From the IMG/VR virus record IMGVR_UViG_3300024261_000005: a stretch of DNA of 64,000 nucleotides; one strand, 5' to 3'. The stretch is from a virus. Below the pieces are notes generated by a model. That model did not search any database and had not been told where the DNA came from. It saw nothing but the letters and a program-made list of their open reading frames with translations. This document shows positions 1 through 11,081 of the stretch, in pieces (position 1 is the first letter of the stretch; every line of letters starts with the position of its first letter). Position numbers and translations under genes: made by a program.

Positions 1-2611
1 CGCCATCTCTTATCCAAGAGCTAACCAACGTTTCATCAATAATAGAACTATTCACAATTTCGTAATCCGTTCGATCATAGGAGTCGCTTTCGCCGCTTAT
101 ATTGAGAAGCATCGGCGCAGTTTCTGTTTCATCTAACGTTCTACCATTCAAGGTTACTACATTCACTTCAGTTATACTATTAAGGAGTAATGCTGTAAGT
201 GGTTTAGCTATACATGTGTTGTTGGAGTAGTAAGTGTTGTCATCAATCCGACCAGAATATTCAAACCTTATAATGAATCTTGGGAAGTATCCTTTATTCA
301 AGCTGGGGTCATCGAAAACAGTAGGTAGATTTACTTTAAAATAAAAAGTGTTCTCTAACTCTTCATTGGAGTCTTGGTGTAGTCTTTCGTAACTTAGAGC
401 TCTATTGAGCTCTATTAAGGTATAGTGTGGCTCGTATTCATTTATAAAGCCAGCACCTGTAAGCTGGTTCGGCTCCCCCGTGGGAGGCAAGTGCAAGACA
501 TGAACAGATTCATCTATCTCATAACTTCCTGATCCATCATCCTTTAAACTGTTCAATACTGTACTTAACCCTATCTCATAGGAGTTATTCATGCTTCTTG
601 GGTCTGATAAGATTAAAAAGCTGTCAATGTTGTCAGGTACGACGGTCTGGCTAGAGTATAAGTTGTACTGGGCGGTTCTATAACCTTGAGTCATAAAAGG
701 GTTGCCACCAAGATTTAAACTGTACTGAACGCTAGCATTATCTGATGTATAGACGGCCTCCCACCCCCATCGATGTTGAGACAGATTTGCCTCAGTTTCA
801 TCAAGTAAATAAACTTTTTCCACCCAATTGGTCACGCTGTCTTGCATTAAGGTAAACGGAGAGTTTGCTTCTAGGTTGCCAAGCTCATCCAGTTTCAATG
901 CATCTCGATAATTAGAGTTAATCGTAAATACCGCATGAACACTGCTCATTTTCTTTGCTGCTATACCCTCCTTGTGAAAATGCTTCTTGTTTAACAGATC
1001 TGATGGATGATAATTTCCATCTAGCTCTGTAGGCTCAAACTCTTCAAAAACAAAACCTTCATTAACGGTTACGTCTTTAGTGGCTGTGTCTACTTTTAAA
1101 AACTCTTTACGTGTAAGATCTTCTATGGTTGTAAGATCCCCACGAAGGCTTAATTGGTCTCTTCCAATTATATTTATGATCGGAGCAGCATCAGCTATCT
1201 CAGTCCCAGCATTTCTAATAAACTTGCGCCTTGAGATCATTTCGATATCCCCTTCACCGGAGATATTGCTTTCTATCACTAGGTTTCCAAGCCAGTTTTG
1301 TATTCGACACTGGTTATTACCAAAAAGAATATTATGACTACTTGAGTTTGAGTCTCCATTTGCGATCAAATCGGTCCCTAACGGATCAAAACTTATCAAA
1401 CCCATCATCAAGTCGCCACGCATAGCATTGTCACCATTATTGCCATTCGAGTCAGTTACATATCCGTCACGATGCAAGTACATCGGCAACTGATTCCATG
1501 GCAATCCGGATGGACCATAGATGCCGCTTGGAGGCTTAAACTCATACTTGTCTGCAAGATGCTTAATGCTTACTAACGGCTCTCCAAACATTCCGCTATG
1601 ATCATGCTTAAAGAGCTTGAGGCGAATGTCGTCAATGTAATTTGTTATATTAGCACCCACTGTTATTATGCAGTAATCATCTCCAGGTATCGATCCGTTC
1701 TCTTCGCAAATATCAACATTTGATACAAGCAACTTAGAAGCGCTCTCCCAAGTGTATTCCGCATCTTTGAATATTTCTCTCGTTATTCTGTTTTTTAAGT
1801 AAATGTAGTTGTGCGGTATCTTTTTGTTTTCCGCATTAGCCATAATGTCATTTAGCCACTTTGGAAATGCATACTGTTTTGCATTGTTGAATTCATCTGC
1901 AGTACCAAGTGTTGAGTCGTTTAGATCGACCAATCCAGACTGTTGAGCCTGGATTGTAGGAAATTCTATAAGATACTCTCTAGAGTTCTGCGTTTCCGCG
2001 ATTGTGAGTCCAGTGCTCTGATTTGGGTCAGGTATCACGTTGAAGCCTGCAAACTGATAGTCTACCCCTCCATGATAGTTGGAAGGTCTGGTATCGTAAG
2101 TGGCAATCATGCCTCCAGTTGTAGCAGAACTGAATCGAATCTTTTTATTTCCGCTCATAGTGAACTGAGCTGTATCAGTGAACTCAGAACCGACAGCAGT
2201 CAATCCCGTAAAAGAGGGAAATCCACGCATAGGATAACTTGTTTCGAATTCGAAGACTCCATCAGGAATTTGTTCTTGAATCACTTTCATCTCGAGCTCT
2301 ACATTTGTAAACATTCGAGCATTAAGATTACTTGCGGGCCCAATGAGCCTCGCCAAGTTAACAATGTCCAGATCTCTGGCCTTGTTCCCTGCGCCTGTAA
2401 GATTCCAAGGCGCCCCTATCCCTTTGCCTACTCCATCCAATGTGTGGTAAGGCCACCCTTTATCATGAATGTCTCCAATCGCACCAGCTAATTCAATCAT
2501 TCCACGAGAGAAGTACTTGTTAACAGCATTAAATTTATCAGCAGACGGCCTCTCACCCATGTAGAATGTTACTAGGTTCGAAAGGTTACTATAGAAAATG
2601 TCACTACTCAT
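1..2611 (-). CDS. Tail/baseplate structural protein, partial (>870 aa, runs off the window start)
   Basis: Not in the ORF track, probably because it has no stop in the window. ATG at 2611 gives MSSDIFYSNLSNLVTFYMGERPSADKFNAVNKYF...LDIVNLARLIGPASNLN...HDHSGMFGEP. The frame was open in the stretches I translated (start, about 1560-1620, and the window start). It follows the baseplate genes. Confidence 0.7.
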   Translation of the reverse strand, partial: MSSDIFYSNLSNLVTFYMGERPSADKFNAVNKYFSRGMIELAGAIGDIHDKGWPYHTLDGVGKGIGAPWNLTGAGNKARDLDIVNLARLIGPASNLNARMFTNVELEMKVIQEQIPDGVFEFETSYPMRGFPSFTGLTAVGSEFTDTAQFTMSGNKKIRFSSATTGGMIATYDTRPSNYHGGVDYQFAGFNVIPDPNQSTGLTIAETQNSREYLIEFPTIQAQQSGLVDLNDSTLGTADEFNNAKQYAFPKWLNDIMANAENKKIPHNYIYLKNRITREIFKDAEYTWESASKLLVSNVDICEENGSIPGDDYCIITVGANITNYIDDIRLKLFKHDHSGMFGEPLVSIKHLADKYEFKPPSGIYGPSGLPWNQLPMYLHRDGYVTDSNGNNGDNAMRGDLMMGLISFDPLGTDLIANGDSNSSSHNILFGNNQCRIQNWLGNLVIESNISGEGDIEMISRRKFIRNAGTEIADAAPIINIIGRDQLSLRGDLTTIEDLTRKEFLKVDTATKDVTVNEGFVFEEFEPTELDGNYHPSDLLNKKHFHKEGIAAKKMSSVHAVFTINSNYRDALKLDELGNLEANSPFTLMQDSVTNWVEKVYLLDETEANLSQHRWGWEAVYTSDNASVQYSLNLGGNPFMTQGYRTAQYNLYSSQTVVPDNIDSFLILSDPRSMNNSYEIGLSTVLNSLKDDGSGSYEIDESVHVLHLPPTGEPNQLTGAGFINEYEPHYTLIELNRALSYERLHQDSNEELENTFYFKVNLPTVFDDPSLNKGYFPRFIIRFEYSGRIDDNTYYSNNTCIAKPLTALLLNSITEVNVVTLNGRTLDETETAPMLLNISGESDSYDRTDYEIVNSSIIDETLVSSWIRDG

Positions 2612-2621
2612 ATTTCTCTCA

Positions 2622-5135
2622 CTAATCTAAAAAGTGTAAATTTATTTGGCTTGTATGATCTGTAGGATTTATAGCAATAAAGTTTGCACCTCCCAAACCA
2701 CCACTGTCTTCTGAATCTAATGTTTTAAATCTGAATCCATTTTCAGATTTAAGGTAATTCGGGAAATCAATTTTTAACTTGATTTGATTTGATCTTATTT
2801 CAAAGCCTGTCGCCGGATCAATACATCGCGCATGAAGCGTTACGTTTTTGCTTGCCATGATTTTGTACATGGCGATAATATTATTTCTATCTGACATACT
2901 GTTCGCTGGTAAGTGAATCCCATCAAAATATATTCTGTTGTTCACGATTCGACTTGGAGTCACCTTTTCATACAGACCAGTCGCACCATCAATTTTATAT
3001 AGAACTTTATTTAAACTTCTATTTAGTCTTTCTTCAGGCGAAATTTCAGCAGGCTGCCCCAGCCCACTCCAGTCTAGCTCTGCGCGCTTATACATGTGAA
3101 CTTTTTTAATTGGCAAATGGCGAATCTTTCTAAATTGAGATTGGCTACTGGCTCTTATTTGAATGCTGGTTTCATCAATTACTTTTTCAATTAATACTGG
3201 ACCAACAGTGCCCATATTGTAATCCAGCTCAATCAAGCACATGCCTGTGTTCCACTCTTTCCCATCACAAAGATTCAGTTGCCTTGGGACATAGTCTTCA
3301 ATATCCTTGCTGCGATCTAGCTGGTTTAATTCATACTCCTTATAATCGAGTCCAATCTTGTCTTCTAGGTTTAGAAGCACCTTATCGTCTAAGTCGATTA
3401 TCTTTTTGCCGACTACGTTTAATTCTCGACCCAAAGAGCCACTAAATGCATCGGTTTTGAATACCTGAAATACTGTTATGTCCCCTATCTGAGTGCCTAT
3501 ACCTAGATTATTATAGATTAGATAACTATCGTTGCCATCCAGATAAACCTCAGAGTAACCACTTAACGCATTGTTTGAATATGGATAAAAATATGCAGCT
3601 TTAGCCATTCCCTCTTTGTTGCTTACTTTGGTAATTCCATCAAATGCAGGAACGTCTCCTTCGAAAGAACCTTCTTTACCAAAAAAAGTAATGTCAATTT
3701 CACTTACTGGCTTTTTATTATTATTTAAAGCCGTTGCTTTTAATATTGTTGTATCCCCTTGAAGGAACATCGGGCCGTAAATATCACGGCCAATTTTACT
3801 TTTATCACAAGTTAAAGTTAATTCGCTGACATGCTTCTCTTGAGGGCTTAATTCAATTATCCCATTAGAATTTATTTTAGTATAGGGCTTAATATTTAAG
3901 TCGCTGGAGAAGAGCCCTCCATTAATACATTCAAAGTCAATCCTTGGCTTGGCAGTATAAGATACATAAATTTGCTCCAAGTTCTTTAAGCGCCTGCCGC
4001 CATACTTCAGAGTCCCCAGATCTCCTTCATTTAAAGATGGCATCCCTCGTTCAGAGAAGTCCAAATTGCAAACATACAATCCATACTTCTTCTTTCCATA
4101 GAAATAAAGCAATTCACTTTGTGCACCTATAGTTATGTACCCCCGCTCCGGGAAACTCTCTGTGCTTCCGTGCAGCTCAAGAACCCCTCCAGAATCATCC
4201 TTTATACTAAAGTTAACTACAGGATAGTTATTGCTAAATAAAATTCTTCCAGTCTCTTTATCTAGAATATAATGTCTATCAGTATCTGAAGAATCAATGA
4301 AATTTGAAACTGGGATCCAGTCATAAATCACATCATTTTGAATTGTTTTTAATTCTAAGTTTTCTGCAGGGAAGTATTCTGTGTAGCAAATTCCGCGATG
4401 CTTGTTACCCAAACCCAAATGCTCATACTTGCATTGAACTTCGTCAACAGTTGGCCCAGCACTAGAGCCTATTTGAACCTGTTTTAAAGATTTAAATTCG
4501 ATCTTATTTGTATCGGATTCAAACCTAAACGATAACTCATCGTTTAGAGCGGTATCATAGCTGTATGTATATGCAGGTATGTTGTTAAAATTTGAATCCC
4601 TTTTAAACAGAGTTATACTTACGCTTGAATCAATAAACTTATTTTTAATTTCATAAGTATGATTGCCTTCAAGATTCGTTCCTTCCGCATTAAGGACTTC
4701 ACAGGAACTCTTATTCGAGTACAATTTTTTACTCAGGTGAAATATAGAATAGACCCCAGGGGTATACTTAGGTATCCATCTTTTTCTTTTTGTTTTATAT
4801 TGGGATTCATCAATTGAATCCAGCACAATCCCAGAGAGAACCGAACCGAACCAGTGATCTCTGACTGAACCTTCTTCAAGGTTCGAAGAATGCCCACCTA
4901 GAAAGCTTTCTATTGTCTTCTTCTTGTCGCTTAAATCCTGTGGCTTGGTTTTGTTCCAGGTCCAACCCTTAACACCTTTGAAGGTTCCAGTTAAAGGGTA
5001 GCTCTGCTTATTTACAATTACTTCATTGCTAATCCCAAAAGAAATAACTTCGCATTGCTCTATCAGATCTACATCTGATGTTCCCAAGCCTCTTGAAATA
5101 AAATTTATTCCAAGTCGATTCAAAATTAAAGACAT
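2622..5135 (-). CDS. Baseplate/tail structural protein with a probable Ig-like (invasin/Big_1-type) domain
   Basis: 837-aa ORF. YILDKETGRILF resembles baseplate-wedge motifs. TTILKATALNNNKKPVSEIDITF...SNKEGMAKAAY is Big_1-like. Located in the baseplate cluster. Confidence 0.55.
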   Translation of the reverse strand: MSLILNRLGINFISRGLGTSDVDLIEQCEVISFGISNEVIVNKQSYPLTGTFKGVKGWTWNKTKPQDLSDKKKTIESFLGGHSSNLEEGSVRDHWFGSVLSGIVLDSIDESQYKTKRKRWIPKYTPGVYSIFHLSKKLYSNKSSCEVLNAEGTNLEGNHTYEIKNKFIDSSVSITLFKRDSNFNNIPAYTYSYDTALNDELSFRFESDTNKIEFKSLKQVQIGSSAGPTVDEVQCKYEHLGLGNKHRGICYTEYFPAENLELKTIQNDVIYDWIPVSNFIDSSDTDRHYILDKETGRILFSNNYPVVNFSIKDDSGGVLELHGSTESFPERGYITIGAQSELLYFYGKKKYGLYVCNLDFSERGMPSLNEGDLGTLKYGGRRLKNLEQIYVSYTAKPRIDFECINGGLFSSDLNIKPYTKINSNGIIELSPQEKHVSELTLTCDKSKIGRDIYGPMFLQGDTTILKATALNNNKKPVSEIDITFFGKEGSFEGDVPAFDGITKVSNKEGMAKAAYFYPYSNNALSGYSEVYLDGNDSYLIYNNLGIGTQIGDITVFQVFKTDAFSGSLGRELNVVGKKIIDLDDKVLLNLEDKIGLDYKEYELNQLDRSKDIEDYVPRQLNLCDGKEWNTGMCLIELDYNMGTVGPVLIEKVIDETSIQIRASSQSQFRKIRHLPIKKVHMYKRAELDWSGLGQPAEISPEERLNRSLNKVLYKIDGATGLYEKVTPSRIVNNRIYFDGIHLPANSMSDRNNIIAMYKIMASKNVTLHARCIDPATGFEIRSNQIKLKIDFPNYLKSENGFRFKTLDSEDSGGLGGANFIAINPTDHTSQINLHFLD

Positions 5136-5147
5136 AGTTCAGGCCCT

Positions 5148-5651
5148 CTAATATGGTTGTACATTCACTGCAACCCTATAGAAAGGATTCCTAGAAGTAC
5201 CGGTTATTCCGCCAGAATCAAGTAGATCCCAGCGGCCTATTTCTACACCTGTTTCAGCGTGCTTTATAACCAGCTGGTTGCTAGCGGAATCAATCTCCCA
5301 AGTCCCCTGCTCTATATCAACAATCCTTTGAACTGCAGACGACATATAGTCAGTCTTTTCAATCCTCATTGTGATGTATTTTTCTACTAGGTCGTCCAAA
5401 CCTGTATCTATTTTCAATAAATATGCTATTGGGTCTTCATCTTTTGTCCACTCGTATGCGAACTTATAGAACCCTCCGCCGACTTCCTCTATTACGGGCA
5501 ACACAACGTCTGTTGTAACCAGGTCGGTGTTGTCGCTAATGTCAAAGAAGTTAACGAACGCAGGGGTCTTGCCCGTGGCGGCTATGTTCATCGATTCTAA
5601 GTAGAACGAATACGTTACAGATTCTTTTATTGTTTTATCAATATGGCTCAT
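5148..5651 (-). CDS. Hypothetical virion protein
   Basis: 167-aa ORF coupled to its neighbours; beta-rich N-terminus (IEEVGGGFYKFAYEW). Confidence 0.6.
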   Translation of the reverse strand: MSHIDKTIKESVTYSFYLESMNIAATGKTPAFVNFFDISDNTDLVTTDVVLPVIEEVGGGFYKFAYEWTKDEDPIAYLLKIDTGLDDLVEKYITMRIEKTDYMSSAVQRIVDIEQGTWEIDSASNQLVIKHAETGVEIGRWDLLDSGGITGTSRNPFYRVAVNVQPY

Positions 5652-5655
5652 AATC

Positions 5656-8502
5656 TTAAGCCCCCCAATATGTATTTTGTTTTTTTAGAATTTTGTTTAT
5701 GATAACAGATCCGTTTTGAGATAGTAACTTTTCTGTGGGTGTATTTTCCACAACATTAGTTTGATCTCCGTAGGTCTCGTTATCGCTATAAGCGACTTTA
5801 ATAAGGTCGTCGAAATCTTCATCGTTAACGGCGCAACCCTTAATGGGCAGCCATTTTAACTTCAGTGGGAAATCTTGGTACTCGAAGGTTACAGATTCTT
5901 GAGCTAACTTAAACTTATGTAAGATGTTGTCCTCTAGGCTGTAATTATAAGGAGACACAATTTGACTCTCATCTACGTTATTTATGAAGTCGCCCGAACC
6001 ATCATGTATCTCTCCTAAGCCGCCTTTCGGTAAATCCTTTACTTGTGTTTCAACATTTAAGTTTAGGTATTGCCGCCTAGAAGACAAAGGCATTAGGTTT
6101 TCACATCGTTTATAGTGCCAGGAATCATTATTAACTAGGACTTCAACGGATATGAAATCTAATAAATCTAACTCCGCTTTCAAATCTATTAAGAACTTTA
6201 GCTTATCAAATCTATGTTCATAATTTAGCACCTCATCAACAAAAATCTTAATCCTGTTTGATGTAATATCTATTTTGATATTATCAGCGCTATTAACTTT
6301 AGAGATTTCAAAGATATCTTCGTCAGTAAGCTTTGTTATATAGCCTAGCGATTTATAAAAAGAGCCCTTTTCTTGAGTTAAAGTTCCATGCATAGCTTTT
6401 GAAACTCTATGTCTGTATGAATTTAACGATTCATGTAGCTCTCTACTTAAGCCCAACTTAAATCCAGCCTCATCGATCCACGTACTATTTCTTACTTTCT
6501 TCAGGGCGCTCATATGTGAAGTGTAGGTTTCGTTAATGATTATACTTAAGTTATCATATGGCTCCAAGACAACACCCTCCCCACTGTTGTAATCGTAGAA
6601 GATGTAGTCATAATATCTTTTAATAGAAAAGATATAGTTCTTATTTAAAATATTCACTGATAGTTTTAAATCATTCTCACAGTTTTCAAACCACAAAGAA
6701 ACGTTACGATCTATTGAAACTTCAGTTTCAATCAGCAAGTGTTCTGTTAGCTCCTCTATACTTTCGGCACTAATTTCCTCTCCATAGTTACCCAACGCAG
6801 TTTCAACTAGAACTTTATCTAAATCAACTTCAAATTCAGGTAGCATCTCTTCACACAATATTGAGTATGAATTGATTGCAATCTTTTGTTGATAAGGGTC
6901 GTTACTGAATTCGACTAGCTTTGCTTTAAAATCACTTTCAGGGATATTTCCGGCTCGTACTTCATCTAAGTAGTCTTCAGTAAAAGAAAGCTCCCTCAAT
7001 GTTATAACATAAAAGTCGTACTGACCTGCTTCATCATAAGTGTTTTCAAAATGCATTGAGCTGAAGTTTTCATATTTGTCAGCACGGTTTCTTCCGCCAA
7101 AATAATTTAAGCTATCTCCCCAAGTTAAATCTGCTTGAAGAAATTCAAAATTAAAGTCCGAATCATCAGCATAAGAAAGTCTTCTCTCAGGCGTATGTCG
7201 TCCTATTATTACATTTAGTATAGTCCTCTTTGCGCGCTCTAAAAGTAAGTTTATCTTGCCTACCTCACCTAAATAAACTCTTTGGTTTTCTGCTTCAAAA
7301 CCCAGATCAATAAGTCGAGTTCGTTTTATGAGCTTCTTTTCAAAAGAATCTCTATGTAGCTTATAACTTCTTAAAGTAAAGTTATTGTCTACTGTTAAAA
7401 ATCTATCTCGCACCCTATCTATAGCAAAGCTTTTTACAACTATGGGCTCCAAAGTGTTATTGAAGAGACATCTTTTACTTAGCGTTTCTTTGAAGAATGT
7501 CGGGTCTAATTCCGCGCCTTCTATCTTATAACTAGATCCGTCTTCATAAGAACGGAATATGTATTCCATAAACGACCTTGTAATGCCGTCTGAGTCAGTT
7601 TCTGTAGTTAGCTTATACTCCACATCATTTTCTATAAGAGTGTCATAACCAAGCTCATTTGAAACTTTGATTATCGTTGAGTTTTTATCAATCGTATTGT
7701 TTATCTTAACGGGCAAATTGCGGACTTTTAAAGATCCATCAAAGCCATACTTTTCAATTGAGCCGCCACCAACGATGCTGTTTTCCTTCTTTAAAGGACA
7801 TAGCTTTTTAAACCAATTCTGGCTTTCGTAGATACCATCGTCTTTTATTCTTATCGTTTCTTCGATCTTCCTGTCTGCTTCATCATAGCCTCTTAGAACA
7901 ACCGAGTAATGATCATTAAAATTCTCATTGATGATTTTGCTATCAAACACTTTTGTGTCCGATACCTCTATGTATATTTTCTTGTATTCATTCTTAAAAT
8001 CGAAGATCTCTTCGCAAGTGTAAGAGTTCTCGACAATATCTACTTGCTTAGTAAAATTAAAATGATCAGCGTCCACTTCAAGCTCTGATTCATTTTCAAC
8101 GATTGACAACAAGCTGCAATTAGCTTGTTTTTCAAATTCGACTTCATATCTTGTTGGAATGCTAGTGCTTATTTCGTCGTAAGTGTGTTTTGGTGTGAGA
8201 CTTATAGTCTCGTTACCTAAAACTCCTGAAGCCTCTAAGGAATCAAACAAAGCGGTTTCTCTTACGTAGTTAAGGTACTCGTGTATGTTTGGATGTATGA
8301 AGCTGTAAAAATGACCAAACTCCTTGGCAGGATTCCCCTTTAACGCTTTCGTTGCAGCGATTGAGCTCAAGAATGAAGACCTCTCTTCGTTCAAGCTCTC
8401 ACCTATGGCGTTCAGTAGCATGCTGCCATTTGATGATTCATTCCTCCTTATCTCTGACCACAAGGGGAACCTGTTTCTCAGTGAACGCCCTAAGTAGCTC
8501 AT
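5656..8502 (-). CDS. Baseplate wedge-associated protein
   Basis: 948-aa ORF with ATGA overlap to the baseplate J-like gene. WIDEAGFKLGLSRELHESLNSYRHRV matches the LDxxGxxxGxxRxxxExxxxYRxR pattern of wedge proteins. Confidence 0.55.
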   Translation of the reverse strand: MSYLGRSLRNRFPLWSEIRRNESSNGSMLLNAIGESLNEERSSFLSSIAATKALKGNPAKEFGHFYSFIHPNIHEYLNYVRETALFDSLEASGVLGNETISLTPKHTYDEISTSIPTRYEVEFEKQANCSLLSIVENESELEVDADHFNFTKQVDIVENSYTCEEIFDFKNEYKKIYIEVSDTKVFDSKIINENFNDHYSVVLRGYDEADRKIEETIRIKDDGIYESQNWFKKLCPLKKENSIVGGGSIEKYGFDGSLKVRNLPVKINNTIDKNSTIIKVSNELGYDTLIENDVEYKLTTETDSDGITRSFMEYIFRSYEDGSSYKIEGAELDPTFFKETLSKRCLFNNTLEPIVVKSFAIDRVRDRFLTVDNNFTLRSYKLHRDSFEKKLIKRTRLIDLGFEAENQRVYLGEVGKINLLLERAKRTILNVIIGRHTPERRLSYADDSDFNFEFLQADLTWGDSLNYFGGRNRADKYENFSSMHFENTYDEAGQYDFYVITLRELSFTEDYLDEVRAGNIPESDFKAKLVEFSNDPYQQKIAINSYSILCEEMLPEFEVDLDKVLVETALGNYGEEISAESIEELTEHLLIETEVSIDRNVSLWFENCENDLKLSVNILNKNYIFSIKRYYDYIFYDYNSGEGVVLEPYDNLSIIINETYTSHMSALKKVRNSTWIDEAGFKLGLSRELHESLNSYRHRVSKAMHGTLTQEKGSFYKSLGYITKLTDEDIFEISKVNSADNIKIDITSNRIKIFVDEVLNYEHRFDKLKFLIDLKAELDLLDFISVEVLVNNDSWHYKRCENLMPLSSRRQYLNLNVETQVKDLPKGGLGEIHDGSGDFINNVDESQIVSPYNYSLEDNILHKFKLAQESVTFEYQDFPLKLKWLPIKGCAVNDEDFDDLIKVAYSDNETYGDQTNVVENTPTEKLLSQNGSVIINKILKKQNTYWGA

Positions 8503-9743
8503 AGATCCCCCTCTTCTAGCACTATATTCACAACACCGAAGCCAAACTTTTCATCCTCTTCGATGTTTAAGGTATTGCTTACAATCTCTTCACGGTACTC
8601 TGGAAGGGAATTGTACCTGTCAGATTTTCTTTCATAAACTTTTTCAAAGATAGATCCGTTAGAAGATGTCCCGAAACCTAAAATAATATCACTGCTTATA
8701 ATACTTTTTATGTAGTTGCTTATGTTCCTGAAGTCTATTGACCCAACTCTTTCGCCACGCTCTATCTCCCCATATACGAACTGCTTTACACTTGATGTTA
8801 TCCCCGCCTTCTCTTCTACGTTCAGCCCTTGTTTGATATAAACTCTAATATCAAAATCCAAGTAAACAGTAACTCCCTGAACCACTTCGATGGATAGTCC
8901 TGGGCTTGCAACTTCCATGACACGACTTTTAACCATGTTTATTATGGATTCTGTATTTTGCTTTCCAGCACCATAAACTACCAGCCCTAGTGTTCCAATA
9001 CCAAAATAGTTTGGTATCATCTTTATGTCAACGATTCCAGGAACCATGATTGATCTTAATACAATCCAATCTTCATTCAGATTGCTTCTGGCCGTCAGGT
9101 AGTTGCTTACCCTGGACCGAAACATTTGATCGGACTCTATATCGCTTCCGTTGATTATGGGAAATCTATTCGTAACTTTCAGCAGGTTCTTACCGCTGGA
9201 TTCATAGTTAGTAAAATTATGAAAATTTAAACTAGCTTTTTCTACATTCTGATCATATCCAGTGTCAGTACTAACTGCACTACAGTACGCACGATTTAAG
9301 TCACTATCAAGTAAGTAATCTTCTGTTAATTCGTAAGTTATGTTCTCACCATACGAGCTTGATTTTACAAAAACTTGAGTTCCCGCAGGGATAGTAATAT
9401 CTGCACCTGCGTTTATATCTCCAAAAGTACCTTCTTCAATATAGAAATAAAGATTTGACTCGCCGCTCTTTGTAGAGCTTTTCGATGCGGGCCTCCTTGA
9501 GAGGCCATAAGTGTTCATGGCGATATCATCTAAAATCTCTGCGGAAGCGTTACTCATTTGCAGTTGCTGAAACTTTAAATTAGTTTCTCTTCGAACCGCA
9601 GTCAACTCATCTGCTATGCTTTCGGAAAAGGCCATAACAGTAGAATCTCTATTCTCACTTACGTTCCCAAAACGATTTTTGATATTATCGATTAAACGAT
9701 TTTTGATATTAGATTCATCTATTGTAAAAGTAGGCCTAGCCAT
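8499..9743 (-). CDS. Baseplate J-like wedge protein (P2 gpJ / Mu gp47 family)
   Basis: 414 aa. Motifs ASAEILDDIAMNTYGLSRRPA, ITIPAGTQV, VTNRFPIINGSDIESDQMFRSR and GIGTLGLVV are typical of Baseplate_J. Confidence 0.9.
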   Translation of the reverse strand: MARPTFTIDESNIKNRLIDNIKNRFGNVSENRDSTVMAFSESIADELTAVRRETNLKFQQLQMSNASAEILDDIAMNTYGLSRRPASKSSTKSGESNLYFYIEEGTFGDINAGADITIPAGTQVFVKSSSYGENITYELTEDYLLDSDLNRAYCSAVSTDTGYDQNVEKASLNFHNFTNYESSGKNLLKVTNRFPIINGSDIESDQMFRSRVSNYLTARSNLNEDWIVLRSIMVPGIVDIKMIPNYFGIGTLGLVVYGAGKQNTESIINMVKSRVMEVASPGLSIEVVQGVTVYLDFDIRVYIKQGLNVEEKAGITSSVKQFVYGEIERGERVGSIDFRNISNYIKSIISSDIILGFGTSSNGSIFEKVYERKSDRYNSLPEYREEIVSNTLNIEEDEKFGFGVVNIVLEEGDL

Positions 9744-10200
9744 TGTTCACTCCCATTCCGTCAATAAACCTAGGGATACATCTATTATCTCTAAGGTCGT
9801 ATGAAAATCCAAGATTGTATACATTCAAAACGTTGTTTCCAAGTCCTGGACGATTGAATACGCTTACCGAAACCATAAGTATGTTACTGTCAAATCCTTC
9901 AACTTGAACTCTAATCAAATCAGGATCAACAAGTCCATCGCTAGTTAACGCGTTGAAGACCATATCTTCAGCTTCTGTTTGGACTTCGGGCGTTCTTGGA
10001 CTACCCATCAGATAGTTTAAGTTTGTAGAGATTGCGCTTCCGATTTGCCAATCCTCATCAGAGGATTGAAGCCTTTTCAGGATAGTTTGATTTAGTACTT
10101 CTAGTTCAGTTTCGTATGCACGTTCAATATCCATTCGATTTTCATCGAACAATATCTCTCCGTCCTCCGTAAAGAACATATCAAAAGATTCTTTTAACAT
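9736..10200 (-). CDS. Baseplate wedge / sheath initiator, gp25-like
   Basis: 154 aa directly upstream of baseplate J. LNQTILKRLQS...TNLNYLMGSP...MVFNALTSDGLV fits the gp25/GPW pattern. Confidence 0.7.
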   Translation of the reverse strand: MLKESFDMFFTEDGEILFDENRMDIERAYETELEVLNQTILKRLQSSDEDWQIGSAISTNLNYLMGSPRTPEVQTEAEDMVFNALTSDGLVDPDLIRVQVEGFDSNILMVSVSVFNRPGLGNNVLNVYNLGFSYDLRDNRCIPRFIDGMGVNNG

Positions 10201-10210
10201 GATTAGACTC

Positions 10211-10558
10211 CTAACGTAACGCTAATACACTGCTGAATGCTGCTGCACAAATGCCAACCCTTACGGCACTTGTTATCACAGGTAGGTCGAATCGCTTCCT
10301 AGAAGTTTGATTTAAAAATGGTACGTTTGGTAACCAATCCATAGGAATACTACTTTGTTTATGCAGCGGACCTTTTATGTCTGTTGTATTTAGGTATAGC
10401 ACGCCACCAGGACCAGGCTGGACGTTGATGCCCTCCCTACCGACCTCCACACAAACTAATTTATTCCGATTTGCAAAAATCGCTGTACTCTCTAATGAGA
10501 GGTGTAAACCGGATATACAAGAGTCGTTGAATTGGGCTTTAATTATTTTACAACTCAT
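10211..10558 (-). CDS. Hypothetical baseplate protein
   Basis: The ORF track gives 10211..10570. I prefer the ATG at 10558 (MSCKIIK) because it forms an ATGA overlap with the upstream stop. Confidence 0.55.
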   Translation of the reverse strand: MSCKIIKAQFNDSCISGLHLSLESTAIFANRNKLVCVEVGREGINVQPGPGGVLYLNTTDIKGPLHKQSSIPMDWLPNVPFLNQTSRKRFDLPVITSAVRVGICAAAFSSVLALR

Positions 10559-11079
10559 ACTCGGTTCCACCTTCTTCCTTTTCCAACTGATGGTTTTGAA
10601 AAGGATTTCATTTGAGATTCATAATCGTTTACCGTTATACTAGCGCTTCCCGCAAGAGAAATATATCCCTCACAAGATTCATTTTGAAAAAGCGTATAAT
10701 CTTCTCGCTCCCACTTAATGATACCTGCCTGGATGGCAGCTTCACTAACTGAAGTACAGTGTAAGTTTACACCTCTACCAACAATGTTTTCATCAGTGCC
10801 GTAAATAGTTCTCAACTCGTCATAAGAGCCTTTCCAGGGAACGCTTCTGACTTCTTTATTAGTCAGATCAAATAAGATGAAATATATTCCGCTTGTGTAG
10901 AATCCCTGGCTTGGAGTTAACTCGTCATCCAGCTTTATTGATATATGCGGCGTCGTTGGTTTGTGCGCTCCACATATATCAATAATCACACAATTCAAAA
11001 CCAAACCACCGCTTGAGTTTTGTACCGATTCGAATACGGTATTAATTCTTTCTGAAGATATTACTGAACGTCTAGACAT
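10555..11079 (-). CDS. Hypothetical baseplate protein (spike position)
   Basis: 174-aa ORF between the hub and the gp25-like gene; function inferred from position only. Confidence 0.5.
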   Translation of the reverse strand: MSRRSVISSERINTVFESVQNSSGGLVLNCVIIDICGAHKPTTPHISIKLDDELTPSQGFYTSGIYFILFDLTNKEVRSVPWKGSYDELRTIYGTDENIVGRGVNLHCTSVSEAAIQAGIIKWEREDYTLFQNESCEGYISLAGSASITVNDYESQMKSFSKPSVGKGRRWNRV

Positions 11080-11081
11080 AA